From Acidimicrobiia bacterium UBA5794 (lineage in GTDB: Bacteria; Actinomycetota; Acidimicrobiia; Spongiisociales; UBA5794), in contig DIDS01000032.1 in NCBI GenBank assembly GCA_002418265.1, forward strand, positions 76,396 to 140,395: DNA of 64,000 bases. The letters run 5' to 3'. Made by a program: the position numbers and the translations under genes. The notes beneath the pieces were generated by a model. The model was not told where the DNA came from and made no database searches. It saw only the letters and a program-made list of their open reading frames with translations. Positions 48,424 through 57,912 of this stretch are shown in pieces. Numbering within the stretch: the stretch's first letter is position 1; every line of letters starts with the position of its first letter.

Positions 48424-50016
48424 ATGGATTGGTTAGATAACGGCTTGGCGCTGAGCCTGGTCGTGTTCCTACCGGTCGTCGGCGCGGGAATCGTGCTGGC
48501 CATCCCGAAGGCGCAGGAGGCGGCAATCAAATGGACTGCCCTCATCGTCTCGCTGGTCACACTCGCCCTCGCCGTCGTGCTGGCGGTGCAGTTCGACTAT
48601 TCGGCTGCGGACACGTACCAGTTCGGGACCGCCATCGATACGCCATGGATTGAGGCTATCAACGCCCATTTCCACATCGGTGTGGATGGCATCTCGCTAC
48701 CCATGGTGGTGCTCACCACCCTCATCACGATGCTGTGCATCGTCTACTCCTTCAACCACTTGCCCGAACCACACAACCCGAAGCTTCTCCTGGCGATGAC
48801 GCTCCTCCTCGGCACCGGAATGGCTGGCACGTTTGTGGCACTCGACCTTGTGTTGTTCTTCGTCTTCTTCGAGATCGTCCTGTTGCCGATGTACTTCATG
48901 ATCGGCATCTGGGGTGACCGAGGCATCAGGTATGTCCCGATATTCGGTTGGAAGATGGAGATGCGCCTGTATGCGTCCCTGAAGTTCTTCGTGTTCACCC
49001 TGTTCGGGTCGGCCTTCATGCTGTTGAGCTTCCTGGCCCTGTACTTCCGATCAGGTGACACACTTGGCTACAACTCGTTCTCGATGGTTGAGCTCTCCAA
49101 CATCGGTCCGGCGGGTGCGTTCACGGGAACATTTGCGTTCTTGGTATTCCTCGGGCTGTTCCTCGGGTTTGCCGTCAAGGTTCCGATGTGGCCGGTCCAC
49201 ACGTGGTTGCCCGATGCACATACTGCTGCACCGACCATCGGTTCGGTGATTCTTGCTGCCATCCTCCTGAAGCTCGGTACGTATGGGTTCATCCGGATAG
49301 CGTTGCCGATTCTCCCGGACGAAGCGATCAACTGGGCCCCGTTCATCGGCGTCCTTGCAGTGATCGGGATCATCTACGGTTCGCTTGCATGTTTGGCCCA
49401 GACCGACATGAAGCGGCTGATCGCCTATTCATCGGTCGGGCACATGGGCTTTGTCATGCTCGGCATTGCCACGCTGACCGATATCGGCATCAACGCCGCC
49501 ATCATCGGGATGGTCGCCCACGGCCTCATCACCGGCTTGCTGTTCTTCGTTGTCGGTTCGATGTCGCATCGATATCACACCCGAGACATGAACCGTCTCG
49601 GTGGCGCGATGGTGTCCCTGCCAAGGATGGGTCTGATCCTGGGGTTCGCCGCGATGGCATCGCTCGGGTTGCCGTCACTTGCCGGCTTCTGGGGTGAGTT
49701 CATGTCGCTGATGGCATCGTTCGATCCGCTCGAAGCAATTGGTGCAACGGGTCTGTTCAGGGGCTTCATGGTGGTTGGTGCTGTCGGCACGGTCCTCACC
49801 GCTGCCTACATGTTGTATCTGTTGCGAAGCGTCATTTTCGGTGAACCAGCCGAGGAGTGGGTCAGTCAGGAATTCCACGACGTGGACACCGCCGAGTGGC
49901 TTGCATGGGCACCGCTCATTGCTGGCATCATCGCCATCGGCATCTTCCCGAAGATCGTCTTCGGCGCAACCAACGACGCCGTTGTCTCCCTCGTCCAGAA
50001 AGCCTTCGGAGCCTGA
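48424..50016 (+). CDS. nuoM: Complex I-like subunit M (second copy)
   Basis: KVPMWPVHTWLPDAH, AYSSVGHMG. Confidence 0.95.
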   Translation: MDWLDNGLALSLVVFLPVVGAGIVLAIPKAQEAAIKWTALIVSLVTLALAVVLAVQFDYSAADTYQFGTAIDTPWIEAINAHFHIGVDGISLPMVVLTTLITMLCIVYSFNHLPEPHNPKLLLAMTLLLGTGMAGTFVALDLVLFFVFFEIVLLPMYFMIGIWGDRGIRYVPIFGWKMEMRLYASLKFFVFTLFGSAFMLLSFLALYFRSGDTLGYNSFSMVELSNIGPAGAFTGTFAFLVFLGLFLGFAVKVPMWPVHTWLPDAHTAAPTIGSVILAAILLKLGTYGFIRIALPILPDEAINWAPFIGVLAVIGIIYGSLACLAQTDMKRLIAYSSVGHMGFVMLGIATLTDIGINAAIIGMVAHGLITGLLFFVVGSMSHRYHTRDMNRLGGAMVSLPRMGLILGFAAMASLGLPSLAGFWGEFMSLMASFDPLEAIGATGLFRGFMVVGAVGTVLTAAYMLYLLRSVIFGEPAEEWVSQEFHDVDTAEWLAWAPLIAGIIAIGIFPKIVFGATNDAVVSLVQKAFGA

Positions 50017-50018
50017 CA

Positions 50019-51530
50019 ATGGACGCCATCGACTACCACGCGCTGCTACCAGAGATCATCCTTGCGGTCACTGTGTTGGCGACGCTGTTGGTCGACCTGT
50101 TCACGAGCAGGAAGTCGTTTGCGGCCATAACCGCGATGATCGGCATGTTTGCCTCATTCGTTGCGATCTTGACGCTTGCATTCTGTGACAACCTTACGTT
50201 TTGTACTTCGACGGGTGATCGAGTCCTCTTCGGAGGATCGTTCGTCGTCGACGGTTATGCGATCGTTCTCCAGGGGTTGTTCATCTTTGCCGGGTTCATC
50301 GTGGTCCTGATGTCCGTCGGCTATCTCGAAACCGACCGGTATTACGAGGGGGAGTTCTATTTCCTGATCGTCTCTGCCGTACTCGGCGCTGCCGTGATGG
50401 CGTCGTCTCGGGATTTCATCTCGATGATTGTCGCCCTTGAGATCGTGTCGGGATCGGGATTCCTGCTCGCTGGTTGGCGAAAGGGAGATGCCCGATCAAA
50501 CGAAGCCTCGCTCAAGTTCTTCATCATTGGGGTACTTGCCCTTGCGCTGCTCCTGTTCGGTGTGTCGTTGATCTACGGCCTCACCGGCACCCAGGTGTTC
50601 AGCGAGATTGCTGCAGCCTCTTCCAGTGTGGAAGACATTGCACTGTTCAACCTCGGAGCGATTTTCGTATTGCTCGGCTTCGGGTTCAAGGTTTCGGCTG
50701 TCCCATTCCACTTCTGGACGCCCGACGTCTATGAGGGTTCGCCACCTCCGGTCACCGCTTGGCTCTCGGTGGGTTCCAAGGGTGCCGGGTTCGTGGGCCT
50801 GCTATCGGTTTGTTACCTGGCCCTGCCATCCGTCACCGAGATCTGGGGACCCGTGCTGTGGCTGGTTGCAGCGTTGTCGATGACGATCGGAAACATCGTC
50901 GCCATCAAACAGACGAACGTGATCCGACTGCTTGGCTACTCGTCGATCGCCCAGGCGGGGTTCATGCTGGCACCATTCGGAGCGGCTGCCGCCACCGGTG
51001 CCGATCTGAGTCAGACATTCAGCGCAACGGTGACCTACCTCGTGATCTACGCCGTGATGAACCTCGGTGCCTTTGCCGTGGTGATCATCGTTGGAACCCG
51101 CGTCGGCTCGTACGAACTCGAACGCTGGTCGGGACTCAACACATGGGCCCCCGGCCTTGCGTTGTCGCTGGCAGCGTTCTTCATGTCCTTGGCCGGGATC
51201 CCGCCACTTGCAGGGTGGTTCGCCAAGTTCGTCATGTTCAGCGCCACGATTGGTGTTGGCAGCTGGTGGGGATATTCGATTGCCATCGTTGCGGCTCTCA
51301 ACGCGGTGATTGCCCTCGTGTATTACCTCAAGGTGCTCAAGTCCGCGTTCTTCGATACGGTGCCTGCGGATCTTGATGTTGCGACGTTGGAGGCAGGCAC
51401 GGTCCCTGGCCCGACCAGCTTTGCCATCGGTCTCACCGCAGCGGCAGTCCTGGTGCTCGGCATCTTCCCCGGCCTCGCAGCCAACCTCGGCGACTTCAGC
51501 TCTGACTTCCTAGCAACCCTCGGCCTTTAA
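50019..51530 (+). CDS. nuoN: Complex I-like subunit N (second copy)
   Basis: EASLKFF, FKVSAVPFHFWTPDVYEG; start MDAIDYH. Confidence 0.95.
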   Translation: MDAIDYHALLPEIILAVTVLATLLVDLFTSRKSFAAITAMIGMFASFVAILTLAFCDNLTFCTSTGDRVLFGGSFVVDGYAIVLQGLFIFAGFIVVLMSVGYLETDRYYEGEFYFLIVSAVLGAAVMASSRDFISMIVALEIVSGSGFLLAGWRKGDARSNEASLKFFIIGVLALALLLFGVSLIYGLTGTQVFSEIAAASSSVEDIALFNLGAIFVLLGFGFKVSAVPFHFWTPDVYEGSPPPVTAWLSVGSKGAGFVGLLSVCYLALPSVTEIWGPVLWLVAALSMTIGNIVAIKQTNVIRLLGYSSIAQAGFMLAPFGAAAATGADLSQTFSATVTYLVIYAVMNLGAFAVVIIVGTRVGSYELERWSGLNTWAPGLALSLAAFFMSLAGIPPLAGWFAKFVMFSATIGVGSWWGYSIAIVAALNAVIALVYYLKVLKSAFFDTVPADLDVATLEAGTVPGPTSFAIGLTAAAVLVLGIFPGLAANLGDFSSDFLATLGL

Positions 51531-51591
51531 CCCGACAAAGCCGTCCCCCCTCAGACATGGTCCGCACAGGCTTGCAACTCCTCTTGGCTCA

Positions 51592-52227
51592 TCATCGACC
51601 AACGACGTCGGGCTCGGTTGGGTTCGAGAGGTTTGCTGCTCGGATGCCTGCCATCCAACCGGGCACACGCCCGTGGCTCGGCGGGTGAATCGTGTCAACC
51701 GGCAGCCCGCTTCTTCCCAGCACCCAGGCCGTGACGGAGTTCGAGTTCCACATCTCGCCAGCTCCGATCTCGTCCCGACCCCAAGTCAACGTTGGTGTCG
51801 ATCCCACGCAGTCCAGGACTCGCCGCGCCTGTTGGGGGTCTTCGGTGAGTAGCTGTGGGCTGTCAACCGCCAGGTGAGCGTCAGGTATCTTGCCGTCGTG
51901 CCAGCACCGGACCTCGTATCGGAAAAGCCGATAACGCATGAGGGCGCGACTGAAGACTGGGCCTTCGGCAACAACTCCACGGGAGGCAATGTCCGCATTG
52001 GGACTTGGCCACCCGTTCTCAATCGTGTATCGGCACCCCTCCAAATGCACCTCAAGAGCCGTGTGATACAGATCAAGTCGACGACGGTGCTCAAGCCGAG
52101 CTTGGACAACCTCATAGACACGCCCGTTGAATCGAACAAAGCCAACTCCGCCTGCTCCGAGTGGTATCCAGTACAGCTGAACCGCAGCGGCCGGGTCATC
52201 TGTTCCGAAGTGGTGTTCGTATTTCAT
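51592..52227 (-). CDS. Hypothetical protein, possible permuted papain-like fold
   Basis: LYHTALEV and WNSNSVTAW motifs. Confidence 0.6.
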   Translation of the reverse strand: MKYEHHFGTDDPAAAVQLYWIPLGAGGVGFVRFNGRVYEVVQARLEHRRRLDLYHTALEVHLEGCRYTIENGWPSPNADIASRGVVAEGPVFSRALMRYRLFRYEVRCWHDGKIPDAHLAVDSPQLLTEDPQQARRVLDCVGSTPTLTWGRDEIGAGEMWNSNSVTAWVLGRSGLPVDTIHPPSHGRVPGWMAGIRAANLSNPTEPDVVGR

Positions 52228-52368
52228 GTTCTACCTTTCAGCCAGGTGCGGTCTCCTCGGAGATTCCTGGAAAACTCTGACACTAGGGTCGAACGGAGGT
52301 AGCGACGGGCCCAAATGCCCTAGCACCCCGATGGGCAACGATGCTTTACTCATGTGCAAAGGAGGTTC

Positions 52369-52779
52369 ATGATGATTGTCGTGGCAGGAGTTGATGGGTC
52401 GGAACACACGAAGTCGGTCGTCGATGCAGCAGTTCAGTACGCCGCTGACGGCGAAATCCACTTTGTTTACGTGACGAGTTACGCCATCTATCCGTACGGC
52501 GCGCTTGACGGCGGTCCACCCGTCGATTTCGAGAGAATTCAAAGAGCCCACACGGACGCCGTATGGGCAGAAGTTGGGGAACTCCCACAGAATGCACAAG
52601 CTGTGACGATTGAGGGTGATGCCGCATCCACCATTGTCGACTATGCCAAGAGTGTGGATGCAGATCTGATCGTCATCGGATCCCGTGGCCGGGGAGCATT
52701 CGGCTCCCTGCTCCTTGGTTCGGTGAGCCATGGCGTCGTACATGCAGCCGATCGCAACGTTCTCATCGTGAGACCGTAG
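52369..52779 (+). CDS. Universal stress protein
   Basis: VAGVDGSE, ADLIVIGSRGRG, LLGSVS; AAGGAGG RBS. Confidence 0.95.
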   Translation: MMIVVAGVDGSEHTKSVVDAAVQYAADGEIHFVYVTSYAIYPYGALDGGPPVDFERIQRAHTDAVWAEVGELPQNAQAVTIEGDAASTIVDYAKSVDADLIVIGSRGRGAFGSLLLGSVSHGVVHAADRNVLIVRP

Positions 52780-52821
52780 GTCTCACCGACGTCAACCATC
52801 GACCAACCTCACCGAATCGGC

Positions 52822-53016
52822 TCATTTCCTCGTGTCGAAGAGCCACTGGATCATGGCGCCAACGACCACACCAAGACCTGCCCCGATGCCAGCCCCGATT
52901 GCAAGGCCTGATCCCCCGCCAAGGATCAACCCCATTGAGCCGCCCGCGGCTGCTCCGATGACAATCCCGATTCCCGCCGCAGAGTCAGCCCATTTGTTCG
53001 TGGACTTGCCATTCAC
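52822..53016 (-). CDS. Small glycine-zipper membrane protein (64 aa)
   Basis: GTG overlaps the upstream stop (GTGA); GIGIVIGAAAGG...GAGIGAGLG. Confidence 0.6.
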   Translation of the reverse strand: MNGKSTNKWADSAAGIGIVIGAAAGGSMGLILGGGSGLAIGAGIGAGLGVVVGAMIQWLFDTRK

Positions 53017-53165
53017 GCCGGAACTCCCGGCTCTTGTGCTGCCTTCTGGTCGGCTCGGTGGGTCCCAAACAGGGGCTTGTAGGCAACGAACGCAAACCAA
53101 ATCGCCACAGCGGCGTACTTGGCTTTTCTGACCCACTGGCTGTCCCGTGCGGTTGTATCCGTCAT
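53013..53165 (-). CDS. Small membrane protein (50 aa)
   Basis: MTDTTARDSQWVRKAKYAAVAIWFAFVAYKPLFG...; ATGA overlap and AGGAGG RBS. Confidence 0.55.
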   Translation of the reverse strand: MTDTTARDSQWVRKAKYAAVAIWFAFVAYKPLFGTHRADQKAAQEPGVPA

Positions 53166-54601
53166 TGTTGGCCCTCCTGTGGGGACGCTGAGTCGGTATC
53201 GAGCATCGATGGGGTTGTTTGCGGTAGGACGGGTTCGAATTCGCCTTGATCTAGGTGGAACGGGGGGTATTCGTCTCGCATGAGCGCGGCGTAGGCCCAG
53301 ACTCGGTAGGCCCAACGGTTCAGGCCGATCACGAAGTCGAACAGCGGACGTGGATAACGACCGGTGAACAGCAGAATGAACGCTGCGACAAGAACGAGCA
53401 GGCTGATCAGACCACCTCCGAACGTGATCGCAACCCGTCCCGAACCACCGGCCCGCGTTGCCCACCCGATGAGACCGGTGGTGAAGAATCCGACGATGAG
53501 GTATTGGGGTATTGCCAGGAGCCACCACTTGATCAGGACGAGCCCTCGGGACAGCTTTTCGGGGTACTCAACATCGAAGGTCGCGGGATAGTCCGTTTCA
53601 GCAAGGGTGAACGGCGGATACCGGTCACTGCCGAGCGCCCCGTAGGTGTAGTAGCTGACCCGCCACGTCCAGCGCAACACACCGACGTTGAAGTCGAAGA
53701 TCGACCGCGGGTAGCGTCCGGTGAACAGAATCGAAAACCCTGCGGCCACGGTCAGGACCATGAATCCGAGCCACAGGAAGAAGAGCACGATGAAGTGGGG
53801 GATGGCGAGCAGCCATTTGAACAGCCACTGCCATCGGCTCACGTCTGGATCGAGTGTGGCCTCGAGCCTGGCCGGGTATCGGCCCTCACCCACAGGACGC
53901 GATTCTGCATCGGCACGTGGCTCTGAGGGCGGCTGGCGAAATGCGACCATGAGTAGTACAGCGGCAATCGACAATCCAATGAGTCCTATGACGAGGAGAC
54001 CCCAGGCAATCGGAACCAAAAGGTCTGTGGCCACGCCAGCTGTCATCTCGATTGCCACGCGAGGGGTTGCGTCAGCATTCATGATGACCGCTTTCCAGTC
54101 GCCGTCGGATGTATCCCAGGTGAGTGTCTGCGGGGCGCTCCCTTCAGCTGACGCAACCCAGAATGACTGCAACCCTGGGAGATCGGGTGTTCCGACACCA
54201 TCAACGACTTCGAATACGGGGTTCTTTAGGTCATAACTCATACGGACGACACGGTCGTGTGCGACACCCGAGAGGTAGTTGTCAACCGCATCGGACGGTC
54301 CAATCCCTATGAACACCGGTGCCTCTGCGGCTGCTACATGAAAGCGGACGTTCCCGAGCTGTCCGGAGGGAAACCATCCCCTGGGTTTAACGACAAGGTC
54401 AACCGCAGGCGATGTGATCGCGTAGCTATCTACCGCCAAACCGACAACAGGCGACGTGAAGTAGCCGTCGTCATCACGCTGCGTGGCGTCTGCCCAAAGC
54501 AATGCGCCACCACCAAACACGAACCCGACCGCGACAAGGGCCATCAGCGATGCAACCACCGCCGCAAGAACCTTTCCCGCACTCATCTTTCCGGCGCTCA
54601 T
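53162..54601 (-). CDS. DUF4389 domain membrane protein
   Basis: Two copies of KWLLAIP...LFTGRYPR..FDF..G..RW..RV..Y...YPPF. Confidence 0.9.
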   Translation of the reverse strand: MSAGKMSAGKVLAAVVASLMALVAVGFVFGGGALLWADATQRDDDGYFTSPVVGLAVDSYAITSPAVDLVVKPRGWFPSGQLGNVRFHVAAAEAPVFIGIGPSDAVDNYLSGVAHDRVVRMSYDLKNPVFEVVDGVGTPDLPGLQSFWVASAEGSAPQTLTWDTSDGDWKAVIMNADATPRVAIEMTAGVATDLLVPIAWGLLVIGLIGLSIAAVLLMVAFRQPPSEPRADAESRPVGEGRYPARLEATLDPDVSRWQWLFKWLLAIPHFIVLFFLWLGFMVLTVAAGFSILFTGRYPRSIFDFNVGVLRWTWRVSYYTYGALGSDRYPPFTLAETDYPATFDVEYPEKLSRGLVLIKWWLLAIPQYLIVGFFTTGLIGWATRAGGSGRVAITFGGGLISLLVLVAAFILLFTGRYPRPLFDFVIGLNRWAYRVWAYAALMRDEYPPFHLDQGEFEPVLPQTTPSMLDTDSASPQEGQQ

Positions 54602-54666
54602 GTCAATCTCCGTTCGCCATGGGTGCTCACAATATCAATCCTCACGGACCGGACACCTTCGCGGTA

Positions 54667-54702
54667 GTGACAGAAGTAACCGACTGGCAGGACTTTCGGC
54701 CG
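54667..54702. promoter_or_regulatory. Tandem putative DosR/DevR-like boxes upstream of the DUF4389 gene
   Basis: gtGACagaaGTAac and agGACtttcGGCcg, 22 bp apart. Confidence 0.35.
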
Positions 54703-54729
54703 CAAAGCCCGTTTTCTTGAAGTCGTATC

Positions 54730-55200
54730 TCAGGAGATTGGAGAGGATTGAGCAAGGGACTCGATCCCGTACCAGATGTAGGCGATCAGAAACATGATGC
54801 GCTGGAGGACGCCGTCTGCATTTCCGTAGATCGACATCGCAATCGGGAGAACGACGGATGCGAGCACCGCCACTCCATCGAGGAATCGCCAGTGATGTTC
54901 GTTCTGGTGGCGACAGACCGCAACGGCGAGTACGCCGAAGGCAAACGCGAACCCCATTGCCGTCGCAAAGACCGAGTGCAACAGATCCTCGGTCGTGTCG
55001 TACGGAGCGTCAGGAATCCATGATTGAAGCGAGAATGCCGCAACCGCGAACATGGAGACTGCGAACACGACATGGAAGGCGGTTCCGGGTTGCCCCCACC
55101 TGTTACGCGACTGATGGGCAATCCAGAGCACAGCGAGCCCGAAGAGGAGAAACCCTGCCCTCGCAAGCCACGCACCGTCGACCCCTTGGCCTGCCGAACC
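54730..55200 (-). pseudogene. 5'-truncated DUF998-like membrane protein
   Basis: Family-like sequence extends upstream of the GTG to SAGQGVDGAWLARAGFLLFG, then hits TGA at 55201-55203; EDLLHS and GVLQR motifs present. Confidence 0.55.
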
Positions 55201-55432
55201 TCAATCCGTTCGCTCTTGGTGTGCTTTGTCGGTGTTGTCATCTCGACTCCTCGTGTACGGCGATTGTACGGATGCTCTCTCTGATCTCAACATGGATGGC
55301 CGGCGGGTAGAGAGGCTTTTCACCCGAGGACGCTGCGATCACGTTTTCTTTGGCTGCGCCCCGGTGACGGATCTCAGCGGTCAGCGCTGCCGGTATGGTC
55401 AACCGCATTACGTGCAATCCAAGGGGCCAGCA

Positions 55433-55837
55433 ATGAAAGTCGCATACATATTGAACATGCCGAAGGCGGCGAGCTACAAGGTTCAGAAGATGATCCTCCC
55501 ACAGCTCGAAGCTGGAACACATGGTGTCGAGGTGGTCGGGATGTTCTTTTTCGATGACAACGTCTGGGCACTCCGGAAGGGTGACCCGATCGGTGAACGT
55601 CTTGCAGCGGTCGCTAAGAAAACAGGCATGCTGCTCATGGGATGTGACATGTGCTCTCTTGAACGCAACCTTGCCGAAGGTGAACCACGCTGGTGCGACC
55701 CCGCGACCGGCGAGGGTCGGGAGAACCCTGCTGAGTGCGAACCGGCTGGCATGGTCGACGGTGCCCACGTGGGCTGTTTCCCTGACCTGTACGCGGCCCT
55801 TGCGGGTAACCCGCCCGATCAGGTCATATCGCTCTAG
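55433..55837 (+). CDS. DsrE-related (SaoD-like) putative sulfur-transfer protein
   Basis: MKVAY, MILPQLE, GMFFFDDN, CDMC, GCFPDLY. Confidence 0.7.
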   Translation: MKVAYILNMPKAASYKVQKMILPQLEAGTHGVEVVGMFFFDDNVWALRKGDPIGERLAAVAKKTGMLLMGCDMCSLERNLAEGEPRWCDPATGEGRENPAECEPAGMVDGAHVGCFPDLYAALAGNPPDQVISL

Positions 55838-55859
55838 GTATGCAACTAGGGTCGTAGGT

Positions 55860-56732
55860 ATGGCGATTCCTGATACGGTCGATGCGCTTGAAGCGGGATT
55901 GATGCAGCATGGCTACATCTCGGACCGTGGTTTGACCGTTGCGATTCACCTTGCCATCCAAATGGGGCGTCCTCTGTTCGTCGAGGGTGAGCCTGGCGTC
56001 GGTAAGACCGAGATTGCAAAGGTGCTCGCAGCGATCGCCGGTGCTGAACTCATCCGTCTCCAGTGCTACGAGGGTCTCGATGCCTCCCATGCCATCTACG
56101 AATGGGACTATGCCAAGCAAATGCTTGCGATCCGGATGCTTGAAGCCACCGGCAAGGATGTTTCGCAGACGGACATCATGAGTGAGGAGTATCTGGTTGC
56201 TCGTCCGCTTCTCAAAGCAATTCGGCGTGCGGCGGCCAGCGAGCCGACAGTGCTTCTGATCGATGAACTGGACAGGGCTGATGAGGAGTTCGAGGCGTAT
56301 CTCCTTGAGATTCTGTCCGACTTCCAGATCACGATCCCCGAGATCGGAACGGTGGCGGCGACAACACCCCCGATCGTGGTGATCACGTCCAATCGGACGC
56401 GCGAGATCCACGACGCCGTGAAGCGACGGTGCATCTATCACTGGATCGACTATCCGAGTGTTGAGCGTGAGATCCAGATTCTGAAGGCCAAGGCACCTGG
56501 CACCTCCGACGAGTTGTCGAAGCAACTTGCCATGGCCATGGAGAAGCTCCGGAGCCTTGACCTCTTCAAACCGCCCGGTGTGGCAGAAACGATCGACTGG
56601 GCGAAGGCTCTTGCCGTCTTGGGGGCTGACACCCTTGCCGCCGAGACCATCGATGCGACGCTCGGTGTCGTGGTGAAGTACGAAGAGGACCTTGCCGCGG
56701 TGAGAACCTTTGGCGTCGGATCGATGGAATGA
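55860..56732 (+). CDS. coxD: MoxR-family AAA+ ATPase (CoxD-like)
   Basis: GEPGVGKT, RLQCYEGLD, YEWDY, LLIDELDRAD, TSNRTRE. Confidence 0.9.
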   Translation: MAIPDTVDALEAGLMQHGYISDRGLTVAIHLAIQMGRPLFVEGEPGVGKTEIAKVLAAIAGAELIRLQCYEGLDASHAIYEWDYAKQMLAIRMLEATGKDVSQTDIMSEEYLVARPLLKAIRRAAASEPTVLLIDELDRADEEFEAYLLEILSDFQITIPEIGTVAATTPPIVVITSNRTREIHDAVKRRCIYHWIDYPSVEREIQILKAKAPGTSDELSKQLAMAMEKLRSLDLFKPPGVAETIDWAKALAVLGADTLAAETIDATLGVVVKYEEDLAAVRTFGVGSME

Positions 56733-56739
56733 TGATCCG

Positions 56740-57912
56740 ATGACATCCGATTCCATGTCGATCGGTGAGACCGCGGAAGTGAACTTGGTCATGTTCACGA
56801 GGGCGCTTCACGACGCAGGCTTCGCCGTCACACCACAAACGACCCGAGACCTTGTGAGGGTCGCTTCCATCATCGGACTCCATGTGGGAAACGATGTACG
56901 AAACGCGTTCTGTGGCGTTGTTGTGACGCGCCACTCCCAGATCGGACGCTTCAACGAGATCTTCGATCAGTTCTTCTCAGGTGGGGTCGTGTACCGGCTC
57001 GATGACGTGATGGATCGTGCGACCAAAGAGCAGACCGACCGCCGAATGCCACGATTGGCGGTCGCCGGTAGCCTCGATCAGGCTGACGGGGACGAAGTCG
57101 TCGAAGTGCCAAACGTCGTTGGGGGCTCGTACGGTGAGCGCCTTGTTGACGTCGACTTCGCTGACCTCAACGACGAGGAAGCTGCCGCGATGGCCGACAT
57201 GCTCGCATCGATGGTGTGGACTCCTTCGAGCTACCGATCGCGGCGGTGGATGCGGGCAAGCGGTGGATCGGTTCCAGACATGCGGAGAACCCTTCGCATG
57301 GTGACCGGACCGAAGGGTGATCTCATGCCTCTGGCGTTCTCAACGCGAAGACCCAAACAGCGGCCGCTCGTCGTCCTGGCAGATATCTCGGGTTCCATGG
57401 AGCGATATGCCGAGATGCTGCTCCATTTTGTCCACGGTGCCCAACACCGGTTCTCATCCGTCGAGTCGTTCGTTTTCGCCACTCGCCTCACGCGGATCAC
57501 CCGTCAGTTGCGCCGTAGAAACGCGGGCGACGCCCTCAAAGATGTGTCTCAAGTCGTTCACGACTGGTCTGGGGGCACACGGATCGGTGATGCAGTCGCT
57601 TCGTACAACAAAGATTGGGCCAGGCGGATTGGGGGAGGGCCCATCGTCCTCATCATCTCCGACGGGTGGGACACGGGCGATCCCGAGCAACTCGCGGTCG
57701 AGATGCGGCGTCTCGCCCGATCTGCTCACAGGGTCATTTGGCTGAACCCCCTCGCTGGCCACGTAGAATTCACACCAGAAGCGAGGGGTATGGCGGCAGC
57801 TGCCCCTTTCGTCGACGATTTGTTGGCTGGTGGCACTGCCCGTAGCCTGATCGAATTGGTCGATCTGTTGCAGATGGACCGTACAGAGCGAAGGAGCATC
57901 GCAGTCAGATGA
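56740..57912 (+). CDS. coxE: VWA-domain protein (CoxE-like)
   Basis: [37 protein letters not shown]. Confidence 0.9.
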   Translation: MTSDSMSIGETAEVNLVMFTRALHDAGFAVTPQTTRDLVRVASIIGLHVGNDVRNAFCGVVVTRHSQIGRFNEIFDQFFSGGVVYRLDDVMDRATKEQTDRRMPRLAVAGSLDQADGDEVVEVPNVVGGSYGERLVDVDFADLNDEEAAAMADMLASMVWTPSSYRSRRWMRASGGSVPDMRRTLRMVTGPKGDLMPLAFSTRRPKQRPLVVLADISGSMERYAEMLLHFVHGAQHRFSSVESFVFATRLTRITRQLRRRNAGDALKDVSQVVHDWSGGTRIGDAVASYNKDWARRIGGGPIVLIISDGWDTGDPEQLAVEMRRLARSAHRVIWLNPLAGHVEFTPEARGMAAAAPFVDDLLAGGTARSLIELVDLLQMDRTERRSIAVR

